Positions 18,788 through 29,088 of a stretch of DNA of 64,000 nucleotides are shown piece by piece. A program made the position numbers and the translations under genes. The stretch is from an uncultured Solirubrobacterales bacterium. Its GTDB lineage: Bacteria; Actinomycetota; Thermoleophilia; Solirubrobacterales; Solirubrobacteraceae. The notes below the pieces were generated by a model. That model searched no databases, was not told where the DNA came from, and saw nothing but the letters and a program-made list of their open reading frames with translations. The stretch covers positions 20,318-84,317 of the forward strand of contig CAWCMQ010000013.1 in the NCBI GenBank assembly GCA_963796645.1, read 5' to 3'. How positions within the stretch are numbered: position 1 is the first letter of the stretch; the number at the start of each line of letters is the position of its first letter.

Positions 18788-20497
18788 ATGCTGAGACGGG
18801 GCCTGGCATTTTCGCTGGTTGTTGCTGCAGCCGCGTTGGCCTGCAGCTCGGCCATGGCGGCGCGGGGCGCGCTCCCGTCGAGTTCTGTGCGGTCGGGATC
18901 GGCCTGGGACGAGGTTGCGCGAGGCGCGGTGCGGAGCGTGAAAAGGGCCGGTGCGGATGTGCCCGTTCAGCGCGTGGCGCGGGCCGGTAACGGATCACCC
19001 ATACAGGCGCCCGAGACGCAGAGCGTGAGCCAGCGCGGCACCGCGATGTCGTGGGCCCCTCCGGGTGGCGGACCCTCGGTTCGCGGCCCGGTGCGACGTC
19101 ACCGCAAGGCACCGACGGGTCAGACACGATCGACCGTGCATCGCTGCTTCACGAAGGGCGCGGGTCGGTGCAGCACGAGTGTCAGGAGCCTCCCGCAGCG
19201 GCCCTCGACCGTCGCGGTGACCGGAGCGAACGTACCGAGCCGAGGCGTTGTCGTGACAACGAGGATCTGTCTGCCGCCGCCATTGTCAGAGCCCGAGATC
19301 TGCACGACGACGACGACCACGATCATATGGTCCAGGCACCCGGATGGGGGTGCCACGCAGCGGACGGGGGCGCGGAGTTGCGAGTTCGGAAGCTGCGCGG
19401 CGTTGTCGCCACACGAGCAGCATCACGCGTTGGGTTGCGGGACCACGGCCACATCCTGCGTGCGGAGCGTGACCTGCCACTCGGTGGCCGATGGACGCGA
19501 AGCCCGTTGCACAATTGAGCTGGCTTCCCGGTTCGTCGTGTTCTGCACCTCGCCGGCAGGAGCGGATCCGAACAGCACTACCTGTCAAAACGTCGTCAAC
19601 TTCGTCTGCACAGATCCGCCCGGAGCGCTGCCAGCGAATTGCGCGGCCTCGCAGGCTGTACCCCCGAGATTGGAGCGCATCACGGTGTTGATCCTGGGCG
19701 TGGCGATTGCCGTCAAGCCGGTGTTTCAACCCGCGCCGAAGCGCGCACCATCCGGAGCTCCTGGTGGGCTCGCTCCCGTGACGTCCGGCGGCGGGGGGAC
19801 TCTGCGGTCCACACCGGTGAGGACTGCCGCTGGAACCGCATTTGCGTCGGCGGGATCTGCGACGACGATCACGCTGACCTCGTCCGCGAATCCGTCAGTG
19901 ACCGGACAGCGGGTGGCGTTGACCGCGCAACTCGCCCCCGTGCCCGCGGGAGGAACCGTCCGCTTCCTGATCGGCACCACCGTGATTCCCGGCTGCGGCG
20001 CGGTTACCGTGAACCCGTCGTCGGGCACCGCAGTGTGCGAGACGACATTCGCCACTGCCGGCGTGCCGCAGATCCAGGCGGTCTACTCGGGCGATGCCAC
20101 CGTCGCCGCCGCACAATCAGCCGTGCTGGGGCAAACCGTCGGGTGGAGCGTCCGCCTCGACGGACCGCCGGAGGGTCACGGGAAAGCGGCCGTGACCAGG
20201 CTCTCGTGTGCGCCCACGTCCGGTGGCTGTCGAGTGACCGTGCGCCTGCTGGCCAGTGGCTCGGCAGCCGCCGCGCTCAGCCCCTCGGCAGGAGGCCCGC
20301 ATCAGCCGGTCGTCGTGGGCAGTGAGACCCGCCCGATTGGAGCCGGGCAGTCGAGCACGCTCACGACGGCGCTCACGTCGGCAGCCCAGAAGCTCGCCGA
20401 GAGATCGGGAGGGCTTCCGGTCCAAGAGATCGTCGCGGTGACGATCGCCGGACGGCAACACACGGTCGCTTCCGAGAGACTGACGATCGCCTCCTGA
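18788..20497 (+). CDS. Secreted Cys-rich protein with bacterial Ig-like (group 3) domain
   Basis: Signal peptide MLRRGLAFSLVVAAAALACSSAMAA, Cys-dense middle region, Ig signature TLTSSANPSVTGQ.V.LTA...GTV.F...AVYSGD. Confidence 0.75.
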   Translation: MLRRGLAFSLVVAAAALACSSAMAARGALPSSSVRSGSAWDEVARGAVRSVKRAGADVPVQRVARAGNGSPIQAPETQSVSQRGTAMSWAPPGGGPSVRGPVRRHRKAPTGQTRSTVHRCFTKGAGRCSTSVRSLPQRPSTVAVTGANVPSRGVVVTTRICLPPPLSEPEICTTTTTTIIWSRHPDGGATQRTGARSCEFGSCAALSPHEQHHALGCGTTATSCVRSVTCHSVADGREARCTIELASRFVVFCTSPAGADPNSTTCQNVVNFVCTDPPGALPANCAASQAVPPRLERITVLILGVAIAVKPVFQPAPKRAPSGAPGGLAPVTSGGGGTLRSTPVRTAAGTAFASAGSATTITLTSSANPSVTGQRVALTAQLAPVPAGGTVRFLIGTTVIPGCGAVTVNPSSGTAVCETTFATAGVPQIQAVYSGDATVAAAQSAVLGQTVGWSVRLDGPPEGHGKAAVTRLSCAPTSGGCRVTVRLLASGSAAAALSPSAGGPHQPVVVGSETRPIGAGQSSTLTTALTSAAQKLAERSGGLPVQEIVAVTIAGRQHTVASERLTIAS

Positions 20498-20539
20498 TCG
20501 CGAGCCCGGCTGGATGGGCAACGCTCAGCCGTAGACCGT

Positions 20540-21130
20540 CTACGCCGCCCCGCCGCCAGCCAGCAGGCGGGATTTCGCCTCGGCGAACTCGGCGTCGGTC
20601 AACGCCCCGGTGGCATGTAGCTGCGCGAGATCCTTGAGCCCGGTGACCACATCGCCAGCGCCGCCGGGGGCGGGTGGATCCTGACCGCCGACGCTCACGA
20701 CGGAGATCTGGTTGAGATCCTGGACCACGCCCTCAAACTTCTCCTTGGCCCACCACTGTGGGATGGTGCGGCGCTTCTTCCCGTCGGCGCGGCCGAACTC
20801 CTTCGTCAGTCGATCGCCGTCGATATGACACGTATCGGGGTGCTCGGGGTCAAAGAGCACATAGGTCCAATGTCCCTCTTCGAGATAGGCCTCATCGCCG
20901 CCGAGCACGGTCGCTTGGGACTCGAAGTCCGGTCCTGACTCATCTGGAGTCACGCGAACGTGAACGTGCGACGCGACCGTACTGATCGGGTTCTGCCACG
21001 CAAACCCGGTGCCAGAGCTCATCTGTGCGAGACCCTTGGCCTTGATTATCAGGGCCCGCCCCGTTGCCTTCTGACTGCCGTGCAGAAACCCCACTCGACC
21101 GACGATAGTTGTCCGACCGGGGCCCGTCAA
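20540..21130 (-). CDS. SHOCT domain-containing protein
   Basis: C-terminal LKDLAQLHATGALTDAEFAEAKSRLL. An alternative ATG lies at 21022. Confidence 0.75.
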   Translation of the reverse strand: MTGPGRTTIVGRVGFLHGSQKATGRALIIKAKGLAQMSSGTGFAWQNPISTVASHVHVRVTPDESGPDFESQATVLGGDEAYLEEGHWTYVLFDPEHPDTCHIDGDRLTKEFGRADGKKRRTIPQWWAKEKFEGVVQDLNQISVVSVGGQDPPAPGGAGDVVTGLKDLAQLHATGALTDAEFAEAKSRLLAGGGAA

Positions 21131-21153
21131 CGCAGGCGAGCACGCTCCTTCGC

Positions 21154-22146
21154 CTACGCCACCTCGACCGTCTGAGCCTCGCGGAGCGATTCCTCCGGCG
21201 ATTCGGACGAATCCGAGACCGCGACTGGTTCAGCAACCCGCTTGCGCTCCATCGCCTCCGGGGTCACGCGCTGCACGTCCCACGCCAGGCCCGTCTTCTC
21301 CATCGTCCGGATGAGCCACCAGGTTGGATCGAACTGCCCGCGCTCCAGGCCGTGCTTGGCCGATCTCGGAAAGGCGTGGTGGTTGTGATGGTTGCCTTCG
21401 CCAAGTCCGATGAGCGCGACAAGCGGATTGTTTCGACTCTCATCCCGGGTTTCGAACGGGCGCTTGCCCCAGAGGTGGCAGACCGAGTTGACGCTCCAGG
21501 TGGCGTGGTGCACGAAGAACACGCGGAGGGCGCCGCCCCACAGGAAGGCTCCGATCCCACCCCGCAGCTTCCTGGTGGCGATCAGACCGGCGGTGAAGGG
21601 CGCCACGAAGTAGCTCAGCACGACGATCAGAGCGAAGCGGCGGTGTACCGCCATCACGACGGGATCGTCGAGCAAATCCGGGACATAGCGGTGCCGCGAG
21701 GCCTTCTCGTCGGCGAACAGCCAGCCGAAGTGAGCATGGACGAAGCCTCTCAGCGGGCCACCTTTGTGGCCGACATGGGGGCTGTGAGGATCGCCCGCCT
21801 CGTCGGCATAGGCGTGGTGCTTGCGATGGTCCGCCACCCAGTCGGGGACTGAGCCCTGAATCGCCGTCGAGCCGAGAACGGCAAAGATGCCCCGGATCAC
21901 CGGGTAGGTCTTGAAGCTGCGGTGTGTGAAGAGCCGGTGGTAGCCCGCCGTTATGCCGAATCCGCTCAGGAGGTAGAACACACTGAAAATCCGACGGTTC
22001 GTGGGCGTTGCCATGAACCACCGCTTCCGGAATGACGCCACCAGCAGGGCCGGCGGACCGAACACAAACATCCCGGTGAATATTCGATAGACGCGGCTGG
22101 CCGGGTGCGTCTCGGGTACTTCAGATACTGGTGCTTGGTCCATCAT
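21154..22146 (-). CDS. Acyl-CoA (delta-9-type) fatty acid desaturase
   Basis: Three His boxes: GYHRLFTHRSF, DHRKHH, HHNHHAFPRSAKHG. Confidence 0.93.
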   Translation of the reverse strand: MMDQAPVSEVPETHPASRVYRIFTGMFVFGPPALLVASFRKRWFMATPTNRRIFSVFYLLSGFGITAGYHRLFTHRSFKTYPVIRGIFAVLGSTAIQGSVPDWVADHRKHHAYADEAGDPHSPHVGHKGGPLRGFVHAHFGWLFADEKASRHRYVPDLLDDPVVMAVHRRFALIVVLSYFVAPFTAGLIATRKLRGGIGAFLWGGALRVFFVHHATWSVNSVCHLWGKRPFETRDESRNNPLVALIGLGEGNHHNHHAFPRSAKHGLERGQFDPTWWLIRTMEKTGLAWDVQRVTPEAMERKRVAEPVAVSDSSESPEESLREAQTVEVA

Positions 22147-22443
22147 CGACTCCTATCCGGCACGTGGAGATGCAGTGGCGACGGACTGCGCCCACGCGGC
22201 TCTCTCATTCAGAGGCTACCCCACGCTCTCCTTCTAAGAACTCCGCGCCCGGCGGCGTCGCCTGATGGCCTCCCGCGTGGCCACCGTAGTCTCGCGGGCA
22301 AGGCTGCCTGCTTGTACGGATGACGGATCGGTTCCCGCGTTCTACAACCCACCGAACGCCGCCCCTCGGCGTGTGCGGTGATCAGGTTTGTGCGCGAGAC
22401 TCGACGATGTCCTTCCTCGCGTGCGTCAATGGAGGTAATCGAG

Positions 22444-24114
22444 ATGTCGACGCTTACTCTTGCTCGTCCGGACAGGGATTGTCCCCCACGTTTGGTGGAC
22501 CTTGACGCGGAGCGCGCCAGCTACTCCGTCACCGCCCCGGAGCGGTTCAACGCCGTCTTGGACATCGTCGACGTCTGGGCCTCGGAGGACCCCGACGCCC
22601 TCGCGGTGCTGTCCGTCGACGCGGTGGGGGACGTTGTCGCGGAGCAGTCGGCGGCCGACCTGGCGCGCGCCTCGCGCGAGGTGGCGCGCGTACTGCTCGA
22701 TCTCGGGGTCGGCAAGGGTGACCACGTGTTCGTGATGCTGCCGCGGATTGCCGAGTGGTATTCGGCGCTGCTCGGCGCGATGCGGATCGGTGCGATCCCG
22801 ATGCCTGGCCCGAATCTGCTCACTCCGAAGGACATCGCGTACCGCTTCGATCAGACCGGCGCCACCGCGGCGATCACCGACGAGGCGGGCGCCTCGAAGG
22901 TCGATGAGGGTGTACCTGACCTGAGCACCCGGCTGTGCGTGGGAGGGGCGCCTGGTGACTGGCTCTCGCTCGAGGATCGCTGCCGCGCGGTTGGAGACGG
23001 TCCGACCCCAGCCGATCCGACCCATCGCGACGATCCACTGCTTCTGTATTTCACCAGCGGCACGGTCGCCTACCCGAAGATGGTCCAGCACTCGCACTCC
23101 TACGCGCTTGGGCACATCGGAACGGCGCGCTTTTGGCATGACCTGCGTCCGGGCGATCTGCACTGGACCGTTACCGACACCGGCTGGGCGAAGGCGGCGT
23201 GGGGCGGCCTGTTCGGACAGATGCACGAACGCACCGCGATCCTGAACGTCGCGCTCGGCCGCCCTGATGCGGACACGATCTTCGGCATTCTCGCTCGCCA
23301 TCGCGTGACCTCATTCTGCGCACCGCCGACGCTCTATCGGCGGTTGGTCCACGCGGACTTCTCCAAGCACGACCTCTCCGCACTACGGCATTGCACGAGC
23401 GCAGGCGAGCCACTGAACCCGGAGGTCATCCGCGAGTGGCAGCAGAAGACAGGTGGGCTGACCGTCTACGACGGCTACGGCCAGACGGAGACGACGTGCC
23501 TCGTCGCCAACTACCGGACGATGGAGCTTCGCCCTGGCTCGATGGGCCGGCCCGTCCCCGGCTACGACGTAACGATCGTCGACGACGATGGCCAACCGGT
23601 CAGCCCCGGTGACGTGGGCAACGTCGTGGTTCGCTGCGAACCGGAGCGCCCGATCGGACTGTTCCCGGGCTACTACGGTGATCCGGCGGCTACCGCGGGC
23701 GCCTTCCGAGGACCGTTCTACTTCACCGGCGACAAGGCGGCGATGGACGAGGACGGCTATTTCTGGTTCGAGGGCCGCGACGATGACGTCATCACGTCCA
23801 GCGCATACCGAATCGGGCCGTTCGAGGTTGAGAGCGTGCTCATCGAGCACCCAGCTGTGATGGAGGCGGCCGTGGTCGGCAAGGACGATGCCGACCGCAC
23901 ACAGATCGTCACCGCGTTCTGCGTGCTTGCTCCCGGAGAGCACGGATCACCGGAGCTCGCCGGCGAACTGCAGGAATTCGTCAAACGCAGCACCGCCCCC
24001 TACAAATACCCGCGCGAGATCCATTTCGTCGAGGAGCTGCCGAAGACCATCAGCGGCAAGATCCGGCGCTCCGAACTACGCGAGGAACTGCGCGGCGAAC
24101 CCGTCGACGGCTAG
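22444..24114 (+). CDS. Acyl-CoA synthetase (medium-chain/ACSM-like AMP-binding enzyme)
   Basis: YFTSGTVAYPK P-loop, SAGEPLNP, YGQTET, TGDKA, FEGRDDDVI, YRIGPFEVES, PKTISGK. GGAGGT RBS before ATG 22444. Confidence 0.93.
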   Translation: MSTLTLARPDRDCPPRLVDLDAERASYSVTAPERFNAVLDIVDVWASEDPDALAVLSVDAVGDVVAEQSAADLARASREVARVLLDLGVGKGDHVFVMLPRIAEWYSALLGAMRIGAIPMPGPNLLTPKDIAYRFDQTGATAAITDEAGASKVDEGVPDLSTRLCVGGAPGDWLSLEDRCRAVGDGPTPADPTHRDDPLLLYFTSGTVAYPKMVQHSHSYALGHIGTARFWHDLRPGDLHWTVTDTGWAKAAWGGLFGQMHERTAILNVALGRPDADTIFGILARHRVTSFCAPPTLYRRLVHADFSKHDLSALRHCTSAGEPLNPEVIREWQQKTGGLTVYDGYGQTETTCLVANYRTMELRPGSMGRPVPGYDVTIVDDDGQPVSPGDVGNVVVRCEPERPIGLFPGYYGDPAATAGAFRGPFYFTGDKAAMDEDGYFWFEGRDDDVITSSAYRIGPFEVESVLIEHPAVMEAAVVGKDDADRTQIVTAFCVLAPGEHGSPELAGELQEFVKRSTAPYKYPREIHFVEELPKTISGKIRRSELREELRGEPVDG

Positions 24115-24135
24115 CTCCGGGCCGCGGCCACCGCC

Positions 24136-25575
24136 CTACCCGATCGACCCCTCCATCTGCAGTTCGATCAGCCGGTTCATCTCGACCGCGTACTCCATCG
24201 GGAGCTGCTTGATGATCGGCTCGATGAAGCCATTGACGATCAGCTTCGACGCCTCTTCCTCGGGGATGCCGTGGGACATCAGGTAGAAGAGCTGCTCGTC
24301 GCCAACCTTGGAGACGGTCGCCTCGTGGGCGACGTTGACGTCGTTGTCGCTGATCCGGATCGTTGGGTAGGTGTCTGAGCGCGAGTGCTCGTCCAACAGC
24401 AGTGCGTCGCAGACGACCTTGGACTTGGAGCCGTGGGCGCCCTTTGCGATTTCGAGCAGACCTCGGTAGGACCCGCGGCCGCCGTCCTTGCTGATCGACT
24501 TGGCGAAGATGTTCGAGGTCGTGTTCGGCGCCGCGTGAATGATCTTGGCGCCGGCGTCCTGGTGCTGGCCGGCGCCGGCGAAGGCGATCGACAGGACCTC
24601 GCCGTGGGCTCGCTCTCCGAGCAGGTAGATGCTCGGGTATTTCATCGTCAGCTTGGACCCGAGGTTGCAGTCGACCCACTCGACCGTGGCGTCGGCATGC
24701 GCTACGGCGCGCTTGGTGACCAGGTTGTAGACGTTGGTCGACCAGTTCTGGACTGTCGTGTAGCGGATCCGCGCGCCTGGTTGGGCGATCAGCTCGACCA
24801 CCGCAGAGTGGAGCGAGTCTGAGCTGTAGGTGGGGGCGGTGCAGCCCTCGACGTAGTGAACATACGAGCCCGGCTCGGCGATGATCAGCGTCCGTTCGAA
24901 CTGTCCCATGTTCTCGGTGTTGATCCGGAAGTAGGCCTGCAGCGGCATCTCGACATGGACGCCTGCGGGCACGTACACAAACGATCCACCGGACCACACC
25001 GCAGAGTTCAGCGCCGCGAGCTTGTTGTCGTTCGACGGGATCACCGTCGAGAAGTACTGACGCACGAGGTCCTCGTGCTCCCGCAGCGCGGTGTCCATGT
25101 CGGTGAAGATCACGCCCTGCTTCTCGAGGTCCTCGTGAACCTGGTGGTAGACGACCTCTGACTCGTACTGGGCGCCGACGCCCGACAGGAACTTCCGCTC
25201 CGCCTCCGGAATGCCGAGGCGATCGAAGGTCCGCTTGACGTCCTCGGGCACGTCGTCCCAGGACCGGCTGGGTGTCTCGGAGGCGCGCACGAAGTACCGG
25301 ATGTCGTCGTAGTCGAGCTCGGCCAGCATCGGGGAGCCCCACGTGGGCTGCTTGCGTGCCAGGAAGTGGTCGAGTGCCTTGATGCGGAAGTCGCGCATCC
25401 ACTGCGGCTCGGACTTGAACTCGGAGATCTTCTCGACGATCTCCCGGTTGAGCCCCTTGGGCGCCTTGTACAGATAGTGCTCGGCGTCGTGGAACCCGTA
25501 GCGCTGTTGGTAGTCGGCATTGATGCCGGCGAGCTGCTCGTTCTCGGTCAGGATCGTGGCTTCGGGAGTGGCCAT
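24136..25575 (-). CDS. sufB: Fe-S cluster assembly protein SufB
   Basis: [72 protein letters not shown]. Confidence 0.96.
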   Translation of the reverse strand: MATPEATILTENEQLAGINADYQQRYGFHDAEHYLYKAPKGLNREIVEKISEFKSEPQWMRDFRIKALDHFLARKQPTWGSPMLAELDYDDIRYFVRASETPSRSWDDVPEDVKRTFDRLGIPEAERKFLSGVGAQYESEVVYHQVHEDLEKQGVIFTDMDTALREHEDLVRQYFSTVIPSNDNKLAALNSAVWSGGSFVYVPAGVHVEMPLQAYFRINTENMGQFERTLIIAEPGSYVHYVEGCTAPTYSSDSLHSAVVELIAQPGARIRYTTVQNWSTNVYNLVTKRAVAHADATVEWVDCNLGSKLTMKYPSIYLLGERAHGEVLSIAFAGAGQHQDAGAKIIHAAPNTTSNIFAKSISKDGGRGSYRGLLEIAKGAHGSKSKVVCDALLLDEHSRSDTYPTIRISDNDVNVAHEATVSKVGDEQLFYLMSHGIPEEEASKLIVNGFIEPIIKQLPMEYAVEMNRLIELQMEGSIG

Positions 25576-25901
25576 TACCGCACCGCGCCTCGCGGGGGGT
25601 GGTTCAAGGCATGGCGCGCTCGCTGGGCGTCATCGTTCGCGTCACGCTGCGTGGCAACGCGGGCATCCCATTCGCCCTTCGTTTGCTCGGCGAGGCGCAG
25701 GGCTTCCTCGTCGCCGTCCCTTGCGGCCTGTCGCACCGCTTCACAGATCCGGGCATAGTCGGGATCGCTCCGTTCCCATCGCGCCTGTTCCTCCGCGAAG
25801 GTTTCGTGCTCCCAGACCTCGGTGTGGCGCACAGCCTGATCGCCTCCGCCGGTTGCGGCCTGCCCGTCGGCGCTCTGTAGCGGCTTTTGCGTCGTCGTCA
25901 T
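25575..25901 (-). CDS. Hypothetical 108-aa helical protein translationally coupled to sufB
   Basis: ATG 25901. Its TAA overlaps the sufB ATG (TAATG). Confidence 0.6.
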   Translation of the reverse strand: MTTTQKPLQSADGQAATGGGDQAVRHTEVWEHETFAEEQARWERSDPDYARICEAVRQAARDGDEEALRLAEQTKGEWDARVATQRDANDDAQRARHALNHPPRGAVR

Positions 25902-26369
25902 GCCTGACCCTCTACCTGGACCCCCGCACAACAGGGACGGGTCCGGCTTGTGAACGGCGTTTCTGTCGCTTTGGACGAAACGACCCGTGAGGTCAGCGGA
26001 AGGCGTGCAGCCCGCCGAGGGCCTGCGCGAGAGAATCGAGCGCAGCGGCCGATAACGGCCCTGAGTTGACAGTACTCCTTCTCGGGGCCTGTGACCGGTC
26101 GAATTGGCGGATCGTTGGCATCGCTTCCGGCGAGCTTCACGGGGCATAGCGACGAATTCGGGGATTGGGCCCACAGACGCCGCAATCGGAGTAGTGTCGT
26201 AAGCAGCTGGCCCTGCGGCCAGAATTCTCAGCTCAGGCCCGAATGCCACCAACGGCGCACTCCGCGCCACGAGGCGGGAGGTCGGAGCTACTGGTTTTGA
26301 CTGCGGGGCCGGTGGATTACTTCTACGGCGTCACCCCACCGACCCGGTGGGCGACCGCCGGTTGCATCG

Positions 26370-27026
26370 TCACGACGCCGGCAGCACCCAGCCGACGATC
26401 GCGATGTACTGCGCGGCCGCGGCCACGATCACGAGCGCGTGGAAGACCTCATGGAAGCCGAACGTCCGCGGCCAGGGATTCGGTCGCTGCGTCGCGTACA
26501 CGACCGCCCCGGCGGAATAGAGCAGGCCGCCGCCAGCCAGCAGGATGAGCGGAACAGCACTGAGCAGTTGGAGCAGCTGCGGAAGTGTGACCACGGCGAT
26601 CCACCCGAGCGCGAGGTAGCTGCTCGCGATAACGGCTCGCGGCGCATCGATCCAGCCGAGCGCGAAGGCTACGCCGGCCGCGGCGCCCGCCCAGGCGACC
26701 ACGAGGACCATCCAGGCGAGCGCGCCGTGCAGCAGGACGAGGGCGATCGGGGTGTAGCTCGCTGCGATGAACACATAGATCGTGCTGTGGTCGATGCGTT
26801 GGAGTAACGGTGTGAAACGCGGTGGTCCCGGCCAGCGGTGGTAGAGCGCGCTGGCGCCGAAGAGCGCGATGAGGCCCACGCCGTAGATCCCGAGCGGGAC
26901 GATGGCGCGAGTGGTCGGGGCGAGCGCCACGGCCACGACCGCCGCCGCAACGGCCACCACGGACGCGACTGCGTGCGAGACGCCGCGCAACCGCGGCACC
27001 AGCTGATCAGAGGCGTTCGCGATCAT
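26370..27026 (-). CDS. Hemolysin III / PAQR family membrane protein (TrhA-like)
   Basis: PRLRGVSH, SALYH, RIDHSTIY..IAASYTP, YLALGW, FGFHEVFH. ATG 27026 chosen; start uncertain. Confidence 0.9.
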   Translation of the reverse strand: MIANASDQLVPRLRGVSHAVASVVAVAAAVVAVALAPTTRAIVPLGIYGVGLIALFGASALYHRWPGPPRFTPLLQRIDHSTIYVFIAASYTPIALVLLHGALAWMVLVVAWAGAAAGVAFALGWIDAPRAVIASSYLALGWIAVVTLPQLLQLLSAVPLILLAGGGLLYSAGAVVYATQRPNPWPRTFGFHEVFHALVIVAAAAQYIAIVGWVLPAS

Positions 27027-27242
27027 CGCGAAACCGTCGACAGCCTTGGCGTCCGAACCGCCAAGCGGAGGGCTTGACCGGCCGGGCCTTTCATGGGGAT
27101 CATGCGATCCCCTTCCTGATCGCGCACCCGGCCGCTCCGACCGCCGCGCTCCCAATTGCGTCCGTCGAGCGTACTCCTCGTCGAACCGGATAGCGAGGGA
27201 TGCTTAACGAATGGACGCCGGGGAGCGGGTCGCCACCGAACG

Positions 27243-27461
27243 TCAGCTCGGACCCGGCGGACTACCGTCCGTCGTGGGGGCGCGCTCCTGTGCCTCAGCC
27301 GCGCGCAGGCGTGCTTCCGCCTGCTCGGAGGCTCGTTGGAGCTCGCGCAGGCGTGTGGGGCTGGTGGGCCGCTGGCCGTAGGCCCTCGCCTTGTAAAGGT
27401 CGTAACGCTGGCGGGCGTACTGAGCCTGGACCCGAAGGTCGTCAAGGTGCCCGCTGGACAC
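27243..27461 (-). CDS. Small hypothetical protein (72 aa)
   Basis: Coding-like helical sequence (AQYARQRYDLYKARAYGQRPTSPTRLRELQR). Co-oriented with and 31 bp from the upstream small ORF. Confidence 0.6.
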   Translation of the reverse strand: MSSGHLDDLRVQAQYARQRYDLYKARAYGQRPTSPTRLRELQRASEQAEARLRAAEAQERAPTTDGSPPGPS

Positions 27462-27492
27462 GGCCGCGCCGACTGGTTGATCTCAGGCGCTT

Positions 27493-27696
27493 CTAGTAGT
27501 CGCGTTCGCGGCGCTTGATTCGCTCTTTGCGGTCGCGTTCCGTTCGAAGCTTGCGAGCCTCTTGATGCGCTCGCTCGTTGCGTTGGGCGACCTCCTTGCG
27601 GAGATCGTTAAAGGCCGCTTCCGCTGTCGAGCGTCCCGGGCCTGGCTGCTCACGAACCGGGGCTGGCTTCTGATTCTGCTTCGCCATGTGCTGCAC
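27493..27696 (-). CDS. Small basic hypothetical protein (about 64-67 aa)
   Basis: GGAG RBS-like sequence upstream. Helical charged sequence (FNDLRKEVAQRNERAHQEARK). Confidence 0.6.
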   Translation of the reverse strand: MQHMAKQNQKPAPVREQPGPGRSTAEAAFNDLRKEVAQRNERAHQEARKLRTERDRKERIKRRERDY

Positions 27697-27864
27697 TCCT
27701 CATCGCTCCGCTTGGAAAGACGGCCACAGGAAGAATGCAGAGCGGGGCACTCAGACGGTGGACACTGCTACTGAGTTTAGCCCGGTTTTTGGCTGCCGCG
27801 CGCGGCTGTGGTCACGGTAGGTAGTTGACATCGCCCCGCAACGACCTTCACTCTCGTACCTCCG

Positions 27865-29071
27865 TCATCCCGCGCGCATCACACCGGAAGCGGACCGCGC
27901 CGCCTCCTCCCAACGCTCCGACAGAAACGCGACAACCGCCTCGTGGGTCTGCCGTGGACGCTCCACCTGCGGTACGTGCCCACAGTCGAGCTCCAGATTA
28001 CGCGCGCGGGGGAGGGCTTCCTTTACGTGGCGTTCGAAGGCGATCGGAACGAGCCGGTCACGGCGACCCCAGACGAACAACGCGTCGGGCTGAAGCGTGG
28101 CCAGCCTGGGCCAGAATCCGTTCTCGCCGTGTGGTTCCTCCAGATAGATGTGACGGGCGGCGGCGTAGAAGGCCGCGCGACCGGCTGGGGTCAGGTAGGC
28201 ACGGAGGAATTCGTCAACTCCGGCGGCGGTCCAGCCGTCATCGGCGCCGGGGATGAGGCGGTGAACGAATCCCTCGACGATCGGTCTCGGGGCAAGTTGG
28301 ACAAGTCCGAGCTCTGGCCGGGTGAGCCGAAGCAGCGGAAGCAGCGGCCGACCGCGCCGCCACGCCAGCGAAGGGGCGAGCAGCACCAGACGGCGAACGC
28401 GTTCCGGTGCGCGCAACGCGACCTCGAGCGCAATCCGGCCGCCGAGGCTGTTGCCGATTAGGTCGACCCGATCCAGCTCGAGTGCATCAAGCAGGTCGAT
28501 CACCGCGCGGGCGAAGAAGGGCGGGTCATAGCGCGCCCCGATCGGCTTATCGGAATCGCCGAAGCCGGGGAGGTCGGCCGCGATCACGCGGAACTGCCCG
28601 GCCAGGGCGGAGACGGTTGGGAGGAACGAGCCCATCGTCCCGCCGAGGCCGTGCAGCGCCAGGACGGGGCTGCCGACTCCGGCTTCCATGATCGCCATCC
28701 GTGCATGCCGCGTTGCGATCGTGCGAAACCGCAGCCGCCCGGGTCTCTGAGGCGCCGCTCGTCGCGGCGAGGAATCCGACGCCCGCGTGGAGATTGCGTC
28801 GCACGGACAGTCGCCCTTGCTGATAGGCACCCATTCCTGCCCGAACGTCCGCGGCCATCTCCCGCCAGGTGTTCGCGTCGGCGCTGAACTCCGCGTCCGG
28901 GCGTCCGGCCGCCTCGGTGATCGCGGTGCTCGCTCCGGTCACGACGACATCCCAGGCGCGGGCATCACGGACGGTCAGGCGGATCCGCGTGCGCGGCCGC
29001 CGCGAGTCATCAAAGACGGAGTGATCGAAGCGATCGACGAGGTCCTGGATGAAGCTCGGTGGCGCCGCCAT
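27865..29071 (-). pseudogene. SCP2-like domain + alpha/beta hydrolase fusion, +1 frameshift near 28744-28750 (or sequencing error)
   Basis: ORF 28547-29071 encodes the sterol-carrier-like N-terminus up to AATSGASE. The next frame continues PGRLRFRT...LHGLGG...GNSLGG...CGHVPQ. Removing one base gives a 401-aa protein. Confidence 0.75.
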
Positions 29072-29088
29072 TACTCATCACACTCAAG

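Noticed and set aside
25902-26270. Upstream extension of the sufB-coupled ORF as a decayed SufR/ArsR regulator
   Set aside because: The resemblance (ELRILAAGP...IAASVG) is too weak. There are no SufR Cys motifs and no clear HTH.
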